A DNA stretch of 45,960 nucleotides. Origin: Chromera velia (taxonomy: Eukaryota). Where the stretch lies: assembly GCA_018398765.1 (NCBI GenBank), contig JAHBMJ010000504.1:1-45960 (forward strand). Reading direction: 5' to 3'. The position numbers and the translations under genes were made by a program. This document shows positions 22,048 to 34,735 of this stretch, piece after piece. The notes beneath the pieces were generated by a model, which was not told the DNA's origin, ran no database searches, and saw only the letters and a program-made list of their open reading frames with translations. Every line of letters begins with the position of its first letter. Within the stretch, counting starts at the first letter, position 1.

Positions 22048-25000
22048 AGAAGAAGAACAAGAACAAGAAGAAGACGGAGAAGAAGAAGAAGAAGAAGAAG
22101 AAGAAGAAGAAAAAGAAGAAGAAGAAGAAGAAGAAGAAGAAGAAGAACAAGAACAAGAACAAGAACAAGAAGAAGAAGAAGAAGAAGAAGAAGAAAAACA
22201 CAAGAGGTTTCCACATCAATTCTTTACAATCAGCAATCTAGTGTATGCAGATGCCCGACAGACTTTTGATTACCACGCTCCTCTATAAAACCAGCGGAAA
22301 CGAAGCGAACAAAACAAAACGCAGAACGACTCACAAAGACAGCCAGGTAGAGAAGGAAAAGAGAAAACGAGGCACAATCCTTCTACATGACTACTGCAAA
22401 CCATGCATTGGACAAACCCTCGATAAAGTCATCCAGCAGATTCGCTCCATCTGCGCCCTCTCGTGATGAACTACCCCCCCTCCCGTCTCCCCCGTCGGCC
22501 TGTGCCCTTTCAGGCACTGCTCTCCCCCGGTCACGGTCTGTACGTCTCCCCGGTTCAGCCCCGTGCCGTCCGACAATACTCCAACTGAAATTCCGGTCCC
22601 CCTGGAGAAACCTCATACCCGCCGACGTTGCTCGTAGGGGATCAGAGCTGGACGACACCACGGCAGCAGCTGGCGCACCCGACTGAGCGCCCGCAGCCGC
22701 TTGAGCACCCCCCCCACGAGTGAAGAGAGGGTGTTCCGGCAAGACGTCCAAATCTCCCTGCCAAGACCAGAATCCTCCCCGCGTCCCGGCACCAGAAGGG
22801 ACCCCAGCGGCCCCACCGGCCCCGGCATCAGGCGGCAAATCGATGTGGGCCAGTTGAGGCCCACCGCCAAATACGCTCGGGACGAGGTTACCGAAAGGAT
22901 CCATCAAAAGATCATCGGCACCCCCTGCTTCGAGATCCCCCGGGTGAATGTGACGCATCATCTCTACTTGCAGACCCCCAGGACCACCCCCACCCCCTCC
23001 AAGAAAGGAGAACATATCTAAAGGAGCGCCGTCTCCCAAAGGATCCCCCCCTGTCAGATTCAGAGCAAATCCAGGCACTGGGATTGCAGCACTCCAAGGA
23101 TCTCCCCCTTCTCCTTCCTCCTCTTCCCCCTCACCCTCTTCCTCACCCTCTCCAAAATCATCACCCTCGTCATCGTCCATCCCATCATGACCGTCTTCCC
23201 CATCATCATCTTCCTCTTCTTCCTCATCATCACCACCACCGCCACCCACACGTGCAAAGAAGGAGGCAAATCCATCTGCTGCACCGTCTCCCACCTCATC
23301 CTCACCCCTGTCTCCTTCATCCTCGTCCTCATCCCCGTCATCGTCGCCATCGTCTTCCTCATTCTCCTCACGCGGCACTTCCACCCGAAGTCCCCCCATG
23401 GTATCCAAAATGCCCGTGGGGTCCAAAATGTGTTGGATGACAGCGCCGGGGCCCTGCCCAACCAAACCCGGCGCGGTAGAGGGCCCGCTTGCCCCCCCCG
23501 CACCCGGCGCCCCCTCTCCCGGTCCTCCCTCCCCACCGTCGTGTCCCTCCAGTTCTCCATCCGGATGGGGGTCGTCATGCCCCCCGTGAAGGATTGCTCG
23601 TCCCAGAGGATCTGGCATGTCAATATCAATCAGGTCATGCAGAGCGTCATCCTCCATGTCTTCCTCGTCCTCGTCCATTCTCCCTCCCTCATCGTCCTCC
23701 AGATCTTCTCCGTCGTCCTCTCCATCCTCCTCATCCTCATCTGCCTCGTGAGGCAATTCAAGAGGGCCCTCGTCCTCGTCCTCCTCGTCCTCGTCATCAT
23801 CATCACCGTCATCATCCATCCCTGCGTGTGTCAAGTCAACCAACAAGCACGCACAAAGGGCGAAGGGTGAACACGTCCATCGAAGTATCGGCAAGTGGCA
23901 CCGATCATGCAGGTCTCTTTCAGTCTCTCCCAAGCGGGTCAGCGTTAGTGCATGACGGACAAAACCAAAACCGCCCCAACAACTCAATCCATCCTACTTT
24001 CTTTCTTTATCTTCCTAAGAGGAATTTATTGAGAAAAGACAAAGATCAAACCGACCGACCGACCATCCATTTCGTCATCGTCACCTCCCAGGCCCATGTC
24101 TTCGTCATCATCGATACCCTCTGCACCCACGCACGCAGGGAGGCAGGCAGCACAGGGTCACAGAGGGAGGAGTGAGAAGTCTGCTCTGCGTCTCTCTGTT
24201 CACGGAATCACAACCGTACTTCTTTTCTCACAGAGACATAGCCAAACAGAACACACTTATTTTCGTGCAACGAGGCGTGACAGTCCAACTCGGAACTCAT
24301 GCAGGTCTGTGGATGGGGGCACAAAGGTCCCTCCCAAACCCCTTCCTACTTTTGTTGCACCCAACCTTTGTTCAACTTTCTTCTGTTGCCCTCACCCCAC
24401 TCTCTCCCCTGGCAAATAGACAGAGACAGAGAATCTCTTTACTACCAAAGGCCGACTGGCTGACTGACTGACTGACGGACGGACGGACGGACTGACTGAC
24501 TGACGGACGGACGGACGGACGGACGGACTGACTGACGGACGGACGGACGGACGGACGGACTGGCTGGCTGGCTGGCTGACTGACTGGCTGACGGACGGAC
24601 TGACTGACTGACTGACTGACGGACGGACGGACTGACTGACGGACTGACTGACTGACTGACTGGCTGGCTGGCGGACGGACTGACTGACGGACGGACGGAC
24701 GGACGGACTGAGGACGGACTGACTGACTTCCTCACCGACTGACTGACTGACTGACTGGCTGACTGACTGACTAACCCAAAGGCACAACAAAGCGTTCCCT
24801 GTTTCCATCCGTGCCCTCGATGGCAACCTCAAACCCGACAGCAGGGGACACCTCACCCCCCTCAAATAACCGACGTCTCCCCCTCCCACGCCCCCGATTC
24901 CGATTACTCAGACCGCCCCCGTCTAAAGGCGACGAGCCTCCCTCTCCGACCCGATTATTGCGACCTCCACCCCGGCCGGGGCCTCCCTCGACTGCGCCTG

Positions 25001-28000
25001 CTGAGGCCTCAAAACTGTCTCCCACCACCCCTGTTGCATTGGCTCTGGTCAGGACTTCAAGACATCGCACGAGGGGTCCACAAACCTGCGCAGCGTCTTC
25101 TCTGTTCAAATCGACAAGCGCCAAAAGCTTGCACAGAGATGCACGAAGAGACGACAGATCCGAAAGAGGCAAACCGAGACACGTGGGCGGCCCATGCCCT
25201 TCCTGCTTCTCCTTCTCCTTCCCGACCGCCCCAGTCCCAGAAACAGAGGCGTTCGGTTGCCCCTGAGAGGTAGACCGTGGCAAGGGGCTACTCGGAGCTT
25301 CCTCCCTGCGATGCTGTGGACTGTCAGGTGATCCTCCAGACTGTGTCTCCGGGGGTGTCGGGAGGATCAGAGCGCGATGCAAAATGGAGAGGAAGCCGAA
25401 AAGCGCAGAGACGAAACCGTCTTCTGAGCTTGCGAGTCCTCCAGTAGAGCTGCTGGGGTCACCTGACGGCCCGCCCTGGGGACTCCAGAAGGCTGGGCCG
25501 AACAGACTGGGCCCCGGCACGGAGACGCGGCAGGGGGCCCCTCCACGTGATTGTCTTCGGCCCTCCTTCCTCCCAGTCGCTTGGACAGCTCCCGACTGGG
25601 CAGGGGGTAGCTGTGTCGACGTGGTAGGAGACGGAGACGCCGTGAGGGTCTTGAGCCCGAAGATGACTTCTGTGACCACTCGCCGTCTCCCGTCAGGTGA
25701 CGCAAGGGAAGCGATTGTGCACATGAGGGAAACGAAGTGACTCATCAAACCGCATGCCCTCGTTTGCTTATGCGAAGCTGTAGTCACAGCGAGTGTGGAT
25801 CTACTACCGGCGGGTTGCGGCAAGAGGGGCGAGAGGTTTGTCGGCTCTGACAAATCGTTCAATGCCACAATGGCAGGGAGAACCCTTCGCATCAAGTAAG
25901 TGAGCAGCGGCTTCGGTTGCCCTCCCACAGGTGCAGAGGAAACAAACGGCCAAGGAGGGGGGCAAGGAAGCCACAACCACTTTCCGGGGACAAATGATGG
26001 ACCGATGCCCCCCCCACCCAACACAGTTGACGCATGTGCGGGGTGCCCCGCCTTTGCGTCTGCAGAGACGGCTCCCTTAGTCGGTCTGTCTTCCACAATG
26101 AGCTGGGGCGGTCTGACAAGAAAGTGAAGTGCGGTCGGATGTGCAACGAAGGCCTTCGTCAGAAGGTAGAGAAGAGAGTCTGGGGTCAGTGCAAAAGGGA
26201 AACAAGGTTTCTCAACCGTCTCGTTGGGTGACTCCTTCTTGCTCTCCTCTGCCTCAACAGGCCCGTTCGCATTGGCACCCACGCCTCCTCCCTCAGATAC
26301 TTCGGATGCAGCTGGGGGGGCCGGCGCATCGGATCCTTCAGCAGCTTGCGATGCTGCAGCAGCAGCAGCGGCTTGTTCCTTATCCTTGTTGGTCTGCTGA
26401 GGGGGGAGCTCGAATGGCTGTGTGAACTTGCACTTGGCCTGAAGGTTCACAAAGGCCAAGAGGTAGTCAACCAGAGTGGTCAGCACAATCCAGGCGGCAC
26501 TCTTGGAAGTCTCGTGGGGGGCGCCTGGTCTGACCATGGGAGCACTCCTGCAGGCAGGAAGGCAGGGAAAGGAAGGGGGAAAGAGGCAGGAAAGAAGGTT
26601 GCTTGTTACGTTGTAACGTTGGCGTGCAGCAGGCAAAAGAATGTGAAGGAAAGGTGGCCAGAGGAAAGACCAGGCAAGAGAATGCGAAAGAAAGGTCGTC
26701 AGAGGCCACACGAGAGAAGGAAAGACAGTAAGCAGGACGGGGAAAGAGAAACTAGAGCGCAATTTAAAAGAGAGCTCTCCGAGTGAAGAAACTCTCATGC
26801 ACACAGACAAATGGCAGAGACGAGACGAGGGTCGACAAGCATGCCTCTACAGTGAATGGCATACATAAATGTGTGCACAGTTCCAGAAGGGTCGATCGAC
26901 AAAAAAGATTCGCCCGCCGTCCCCCCCCAAACCAACATTTAAAAAAAAAGATACATCTCACTTACCCTAGTTTCTTCAATTTGCGCTGCACTTGGAGTGC
27001 TTCAGGAAGAAGCTGCAAGAGGACTTCCTTCTTCTCTTCTTCCTTCTCCTCTTCCTCCTCTTTCTTACTCTCATCCCCCTCGGCCTTCTCTTTTTTTTCG
27101 TCTTCCTTCTCGTTTGCATCCTCTCCACTTCCGCTCTCCGTCTGTCCCCCTCCTGCCCCTGCCCCTGCCCCCGCGTCCTCATCCATCGGTCTGGCTTCCT
27201 CTTCTGCAGCAGGAGCTGAAGACGCCCCTCCCTGTGCAGCGCTTCCTCCCTCTCCCTCTCCGCTCTTGGTCATATCCACGTCCTCCGTTTCCTTCTCCTT
27301 GTCACCTCCCGCTGCTGCGGGGGGCACCACAACTCCGCAGATGGAGATGAGAACCTCCTCGAAGAGACGGGGATCACGGCGGATCAGGTAAAAGGAAGAA
27401 CGCAAAATGGTCGAGAGGGAAAGCTGGGCAGTCGACAACACAGCCTGACCCTTCTCCTTCTCCTTCTCCCCTTCTTTGTCTTTTGACTTACCCTTCTGCC
27501 CCCCACCAGAATCTTGCTCGCCTGCATTGGCAGCATCGGTCTTGTCTCCCGAGTCACCCCCTTCTTCTTTTTTCCCCGGGGGGCTCTTCTTTTTGCCCCC
27601 CGGACCTGTCTGTGTAGCAGGCGAGGAGGAATGCGAAGGGGGGAACAGCGAGAGGATATGCTCTTCCATTGCTTGACGGAGAGTGGCTGAATCCTCCAAA
27701 CACCGTTGAATGATAGAGGATACCCACACAAGCAGACCCTGGCATCGGGAGCTCCGGGGAATTCGCAGAAGAATTCCTATGCCACCACCCAGACTCCCAT
27801 CGCTTGCCCCCAACCGGAGTGCAGGAGCTAGACACCCAGGTGCGAGTGTCGACTCCAAAGACTTCTGGGGGCTCACTGGAGACCCTGGCGACGCCACCGG
27901 CGCGCCTCCCCCTGGCCGGGCATTCGGAAATGGAGACGGCACTGAAAGGTTCCCCCCAGCCGTAGCAGAGGCCGAACCCGAAGGGACTCCTGAGGACCCC

Positions 28001-31000
28001 CCCGTGAGTGACGCCACCTGTGACTGTACACCCTCCTTCAGATGTGGGGGGGAGAAGTTGATCAGATACCGTGCGTTGGCGTGGTTGGATGTCAGACCGT
28101 GCAGGAGATGCACAATGGCCATGCAGAGGTTAGGAGACGCTTTGGGGAAATGGAAGAGAACTTCCAGGGAGACCTTCGTAAGGGTCTGTTGGAGGTTCTC
28201 GGGAAGAATCTGCACGCAGGGGAAACAAGGAAGGAAGGAAGGAACCAAGGAGATGAATTTGGCGTCTATTCCGACCCGACAAGTCTGTGTATGAGTTGCT
28301 ACAAGGGTTTCGTTCTATGCGACCATTAAGCTGGAGAGGAGAGGCACAAATGTGGGGAAGAGAAGGTAGTTCAGGGCAGGAATCTGAGGGAGTGCGCCAC
28401 CCAGAAAGTCGAAACCGTCTCATGACGCAAAGACGCGATTCATTCGCAGAACACACTCAGGCTCCTTCAAACCATCCCCCCTACATCCCTTTTCTCATGG
28501 GATCGGCCTACTGACTTTCTGTCTCATCAGAGACCGAATTTTCTCCGTTTGCGCTGCTCCCATGTCACCCGCCCTGCTTTGCGCGGTGCCTCCGTTGCCG
28601 TCTCCCACGTCACTCAGCCCCAGGTTTCGGAAACCCGAGGTAATGCCCTTCTTGATCCTCCGCACCGCACCGTCCTCCCCCTCCATGGGGGACGCAGAGG
28701 AGACAGACACGGACACCGATGCACCGCCAGCCTGCAGATGATAGACGAAAGCGGAGAGAAGTCAGCAGGACTCTGAAATGGAGGTTTCGTAGCTCAATTG
28801 TTTGACAAGTCACAATGCAGACGAGCCTGAAAGATTCAACAGCACGCACACCGCCTCCAAAAAGAGCTAGCGTTTCAGTCAAGAGACAAAAGAAGGAATA
28901 CTGGTCAAACGTTGCCCCTTCCTATTTCATTCTTCTGACGCACGCACCTCTGCATCAACGGGTCTCGCCTCTCCTCCCTGCGTCCCCTCCTTTGACAAAG
29001 CTTTCGCCTCCCGCAACCTCCTCACAGAGACGGGCTCGAATATGTTCACAAACTCCATCCCCTTGATCATCTCTAACACACACAGGAACGCAGGGGAAAC
29101 CCATTCGGGGGACTTCCCAAGGAGATACTCGTCCTTCTCCTTGTCCTTGTCCTTTTCCCCTGCTTCGTCGGGCTTCTCTTTCTCCCCTTTGCCCTTCTCT
29201 GCCGCCTCAGTCGAGGGCTTCAGATCGAACAGAGGAAGAAGCAGACAGGGATTCGGCAAGAGATCCGGCCGAAGCCCCAAGCCCTTCTGAAGCATTCTGC
29301 CTGGGTTCACCGCATCGGCCGCGGTGTGCGCCTCGCACATTCTCTGAACAAACGTGAGGACAAGATCGAGGGCACCTGCCCCCACGAAGTCGTGACACTT
29401 CTTCGTCATCTCGGCGGCAGCAGCCATCTCACTCTCATCCCCCTCCGCTGCCGCATCGATAGCTTCTCCTTCCCCTCCGCACAAGGCGAAGACCACGTTC
29501 CTGCAGGGGCACATACAGGCAGGAAAGGTAAAGGGAGAAACGAAGACAAACGACAGAAATGAAGAAAACGAAAAGGGCCGAGGGAAGCCAAAGAGGGGCG
29601 AAGAGGACCAAACGATGAGAGAGACACGTGTACACAAAATACAAGTGGAGCGTTTTCTTCACAGGAGAATCACAATTCCACACATTGTGCTTTTCACCAC
29701 GCATCCTATCGCAGAACAACCTTGCTGTGAGCTGTTTGAAAAATCCTTAGGAAAGTCTCTTTGTCTCAAAAGCGGTTCCTTTGTTCTTTCTGCATTCGTG
29801 CGACAAGACAGACAGACGCACCTTGTTGAGGGCCTCTTGTGCAAAAGAAGCGCCAGGATGTGAAGAAGAGCTCCAGCCTCCTCGTGGAACAGGACGGACA
29901 ACCGCAACGCCTCTGGGGAGTTCTGCGGATCTTCTGCAGCCGAGAAGCCCCCCCCATGCACTCCATTGGGACCTCCCGGATGCGCATGCAGAGACGGCCA
30001 GCCAGCCGGCGTGTGGATACCCGAAGGAGCCGGGCTGGGGATCCCACTGTGTCCAAGGCCCCCTGCGCCGTCTGCGTGTGCATCTGCCGGGGCATCTCCT
30101 CCTGCCCCCTGGCCTGTGGTGGGAGACGTCACTTGTGGGGGGGGCGGGAGGAGGAAGACAGGAGAAGAGGCAGGAAAAGCCTTGAGAAGATGCCGAAGTC
30201 TCGAAACAACGGCAGCAAGGAGAACGCGACAATTCGAGTCTGCCGAATCATCTCCTTCCTCTTCATCAACTGCGGCTTTCTCCTGTTCCTTCTCTTTCTT
30301 CTCCTTTTCCTTCTGTTTGTCTCTGCCCTCTGTCGGTGCACCCTCCTCTGCGTCCACGGCCATCGCACGGCTCTCGTCCTTCTTCTCTTCATCCTCTTTC
30401 TGTTCCGCCTTTTCCTTCTCCTCCTTCTCTCGCTTTGCGCGCAGCTTCCGCTCTTTCGCCTCCGCGTCAATCCACAGAGACGAGACACGAAGATAACTGT
30501 CGACGACTGCAAGCAGACAAACAAATTGAAGGAAGCACGATGGTCCGTCCAGCGCACCCACCCGCGTGGATCCACAAAGAAAGGCGCGCGCGCACACACA
30601 CACACACACACTCGTACGCACGCACCCACACACAGAGGCAAGGAGCTCCATGAAGAACTTGCGCACAAATCGGGACGGAGAAGGAAAGAAAGACGACAAA
30701 AAACGCTCAGTCAGTCGAAGCTGCCAGACAAGTAAACGGTCGAGTGGTTAGTTTGTCTTTTGTCATTGCAATTCCTGGAAAGAAAAAATACACTATTTCC
30801 AGCCACACCTACACGTGTATTCTCTCTTGCCGGCTCGCATGTTTTGAAATGTTGACTTTCTCATGTCTGACATTCCCAACACTCATGTGTCACATGGAGT
30901 GCTTGTGCACCCCCCAGCTTACTTGTGTGTGTGGTCGAGGGAAGTGTGCAGATGGTGTGCACCAGTCTTGACAGAAAGTCGGATCGGAGGTCCGTCAGCA

Positions 31001-34000
31001 CTTTTCGCACGACGGTCTCGTGGATGTACCGCTCTACCTCTGGGGCCTTTGGAATGTCAACGTCCCCCACTTTGGTCGGCTCTTCCTTCTCTTCTGCCTT
31101 CTTCTCCTCTCCCTCAGTCCCTTCCCCTCCTTGACCGGGGGGCTGGTTCTGCTCCTGCTCACTCGGCCCTGACTCCATCACCACGTCACCATTCGCATCT
31201 CCTGCTGCCGCGGTTGCACTGGCCTCCGCAGACGCGGGCACAGGAGGCGCTCCGGGACCGGACCCTGCTGCGATTTGCGTCGCTGGAACTGCCGCAGGAG
31301 GGGACGCACTAGTTGCAGCAGACGCGGGAGGCTGGGCGTTTGCCCCAGCAGCAGCAGCAGCAGCCGAGGTCGGGCTTCCCAGCGCACGGGAGAAGGCCTC
31401 CGCGATAGAGGCAGCCATGGAAGCGATGTTGGAGGCATCCCCTGCTGATCCCGATGCTGGAGGAGCTGCTTGTTGTTGTTGCTGCTGGGTGGTCGTCTGG
31501 TTTGGAATGATGTTGAAGGAAGGGGCTGCCTGCGCGTTGGCCCCAACTGGCGAGGAGGCAGCGGCAATGGCAGCCGCAAGAGATGCCGCGAGGTCGTCAG
31601 AGCCTGAAGTTCCTCCGCCACTTCCCCCCGCCTGGACAGGAGGAGACGCAGACGCAGCTACAGGGGCACTACTGGGCGGTTGTGGTGCTTCGGCGGGTTG
31701 CGTGCTCTCCCCCGCTTCTCCATTTGACTGCCCAGATGCTGGCTCGGCCTGAGCTTCTCCTGATGGAGGCGGAGGGGCTGCAGGGGGCTCAGCTGGGGGC
31801 TGTGCCGAAGCCCCGTCTCCAGCCTCTGTGGCGGCGCCGGCGGGAGGACCCGTGGGAGCGGACCCGTTCGTTCCATCCGTGGGAGCCGCCGCACTCTGCC
31901 CTTCTGCCTGTGCTGGCTGCTCAGAAGAGCTGCCCCCCTCTGCAGCGGGGGCCGGGGCCCGGAATGCCGCAGGAGGTTCATCAGGAGGCGGGTGGTTCAG
32001 CAGCCAGTCCATCAGAACCTCGATGGAGGTGGATCCGGTGCTTCGCATCGCTGCTTCAGCGAGGCTGCGCAAGAGACAAAAAAAGAAATAACAGGAGCAC
32101 ACACATTGGTTGGGCGTAAAAATATCCGAGAACGGTTGCGCTCTCTTTCAGTGCACTTCGTGTGTTGCTGAACAAAAAAAACACCAGTTGGGTGAAAGCA
32201 AAAAAGGTCATGAAGAAGAGTCTTGTCTTCTTCGATCTCCGCTGTGCGAGTCTCGATCCATTTGTTCTGATCTCAAGGAGAGGCAAGCAGATGAGAAAAT
32301 ATTCCCACCACAGCTCGGAGATGAACCCATCCTCAACTACTTCAGAAGAAAGAGGAAAAAGAAAATCACACAAAGAAACACGTACGTACTGAAAAACACT
32401 GTCAATCTGCCTGTTTGACTGACGCTCGAGAGAAGCCCATGTCTGCCAGTTGAGAGATCGTGCCCTCGTCCAGAGCACGGGGGGGCGCAGCAGGAGCCGG
32501 AGGATCCCTCGGCCCTCCCGGTCCTTGTCTCGCAAGGGAAATGGGGGAGGACTCCATCCCCCCACCTGCACCCCTGTGTCTCAGCATGGCGTCCCCGGCA
32601 GCTTCTGCCGCTCGAGCCATCGCCAGTCCGGCCAAGGCACCTGACGGGCCACCGTCCCCTGAAGAAGTGCCGGGGCCACCGGGTCGTGTCGCAGGGGCGC
32701 GCGACGCCTCCCCCTGTGCCGAGAGATCACGAGCCTGGTTCTTCAAAAGCTTGTACCGCGACGCGCTCTGCGAGCAAACATACGAAGAGAAATGATTGGA
32801 ATGATTTCAGATCTCTTTTACGCCCTCCGCTTCTCACATGCCTTCTGAAAGACACCGCATATCTCTTAGCTGAAGATTGCTTTCATTTTGCTTGGCACTT
32901 CCATGCTTATTTCTTTCCCGCTTTCTTGCCTGCCTGCCTGCCTGACGCTTCCCCGTCAACAGAGCGGAAAGATGAGTCGGCCTGCTAGTCGAAAGCTTCG
33001 TCCAACAGGACGGAAGGTGAACGAAGACAAAAGTCGAAGACGAGCGGATAGTCGACTTTTCTGTGTTTGTTGCCTTTGCTTTCTTCCCAGATCTATCTGA
33101 ACAAAACGAACGAACAGACAAATCTACTCCCTCACCATTCCGTCCAGCATGTGCACTGCAGTCTTGACGGTGTTCGTGAGGCACTTGTGAGGGATGCGGG
33201 AGAGGAGGCGTCGGTCCACCAGGGGGGGTCCGAAAGAGGACATCACAGGAGACTCAAACGCACTCGCAGCAGCCGCACCGCTGGGCGCCCTTTCTCTGGG
33301 TGTAGAGAGGACCCCCAGAGGAACTGCACCCTCCAACAGATCGGGGCTCCGAATCAGACGCCACCAGGGAAGCAGAGCACTCACCGATAAAGCCCACACA
33401 CTCTGACACAGGCCCAGGAAATCAAAAGCGATCGGAGGGTCTCTTTCAGGAGACGGACTACTTTTTGCCGCTTTGCCCGTCTCCCCACTTGCGCTCCCAT
33501 CCCCCTCTGTTCCTGAAGGCGGTGATGCCGTCCCCCCTCCCCCTTCTCCCCCCTCAGGGGAGAGATGGGCGGTGGCTCTCTGGATGTTCTTCTGGAGGTG
33601 GTGGCTGATGGGGGGGTTCGTGATGCGCCTCCAAGAGGTCAGACGCTCAAGTAAAGACGTGCCGGCCTGTGCAGAAACACAGTAAGAAACAAAGTCGCAC
33701 CAGAAAATCAGACTGTATGTAGGTGACGGTAAGCGTTCAGGGACAAAAACGGTCACCTTCATTTATTCAGCATGGCTGTGTTTCTGTTGTACCGTGAAAA
33801 GAAACCAAGCAAGCAAACGAGAAACTAAGCACATGGAGGGACCGACAGATCAAAACTGGATGACAATTTCCATTCTATACAGCACACGGTAGACTCCACG
33901 CATGCTGTCTGGACACCTCCAGACCAGACCGCACGCGGAGGAAGAGACTGATGGATGCAAGCCACGAAAGAGAGAACCGCCTGACTCACTACTGAAAGAC

Positions 34001-34514
34001 CCACACACCGTACAGAAGTCACCACGGCCACCCCTTAACATTTTCCACATGATTTTGCATTACCCACCACTGCGCATTTCCCAACAGAGCTCAGGCAGCT
34101 TTCCACGTGTTCCTCTGCCAGAGGTGCCACAGAGGCTTCCAGATTCTTTGCATAGGCAAGCCAGAGGGGAGACACACCCCTGCAGGCCGAGGCGATCGGA
34201 ACCTTCGCAGACCGGGAGGCGAGAACGAAGAGGACTGTGAGGACGAAATCGAGGGACTTCACCAACGCATGGACGCCCCCCTGTTTGTATAGAGACTCCA
34301 GGCTGAGGGTGAGCATGTAGGAAGAGTTCCGCTCGTCCACGCAGAATCGCGAGGTCTCTTCGTAGACCTCCGCGAGAGCTCTGGCAGACAGATAGAAAAC
34401 AGACAGGCAGGAATATGAGAAGACCGACACACGGAAGTGAGCAGAGGCACGCAAAATATGCAAAGAAAAGAGACAAGCCTCCGACCATTCCCGAAAACAC
34501 GAGAAGGAAAGGGA

Positions 34515-34546
<32 letters not shown>

Positions 34547-34656
34547 ACGAACGAACGAAGGAAGGGAAGGAAAGAAAGAAAGAAAGAAAGAAAGACAGAC
34601 AGACAGAAAGACAGAAAGACAGAAAGACAGAAAGAAAGAAAGAAAGAAAGAAAGAA

Positions 34657-34688
<32 letters not shown>

Positions 34689-34704
34689 AAAAAAGAAAGA
34701 AGGA

Positions 34705-34735
<31 letters not shown>

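Noticed and set aside
19210..22203. 997-aa ORF with a poly-Ser/Leu N-terminus as a standalone gene
   Set aside because: The N-terminus is the translated (TTC)n intron tract and the C-terminus reads through intron 23. The real parts are exons 23-24 of the HECT gene.
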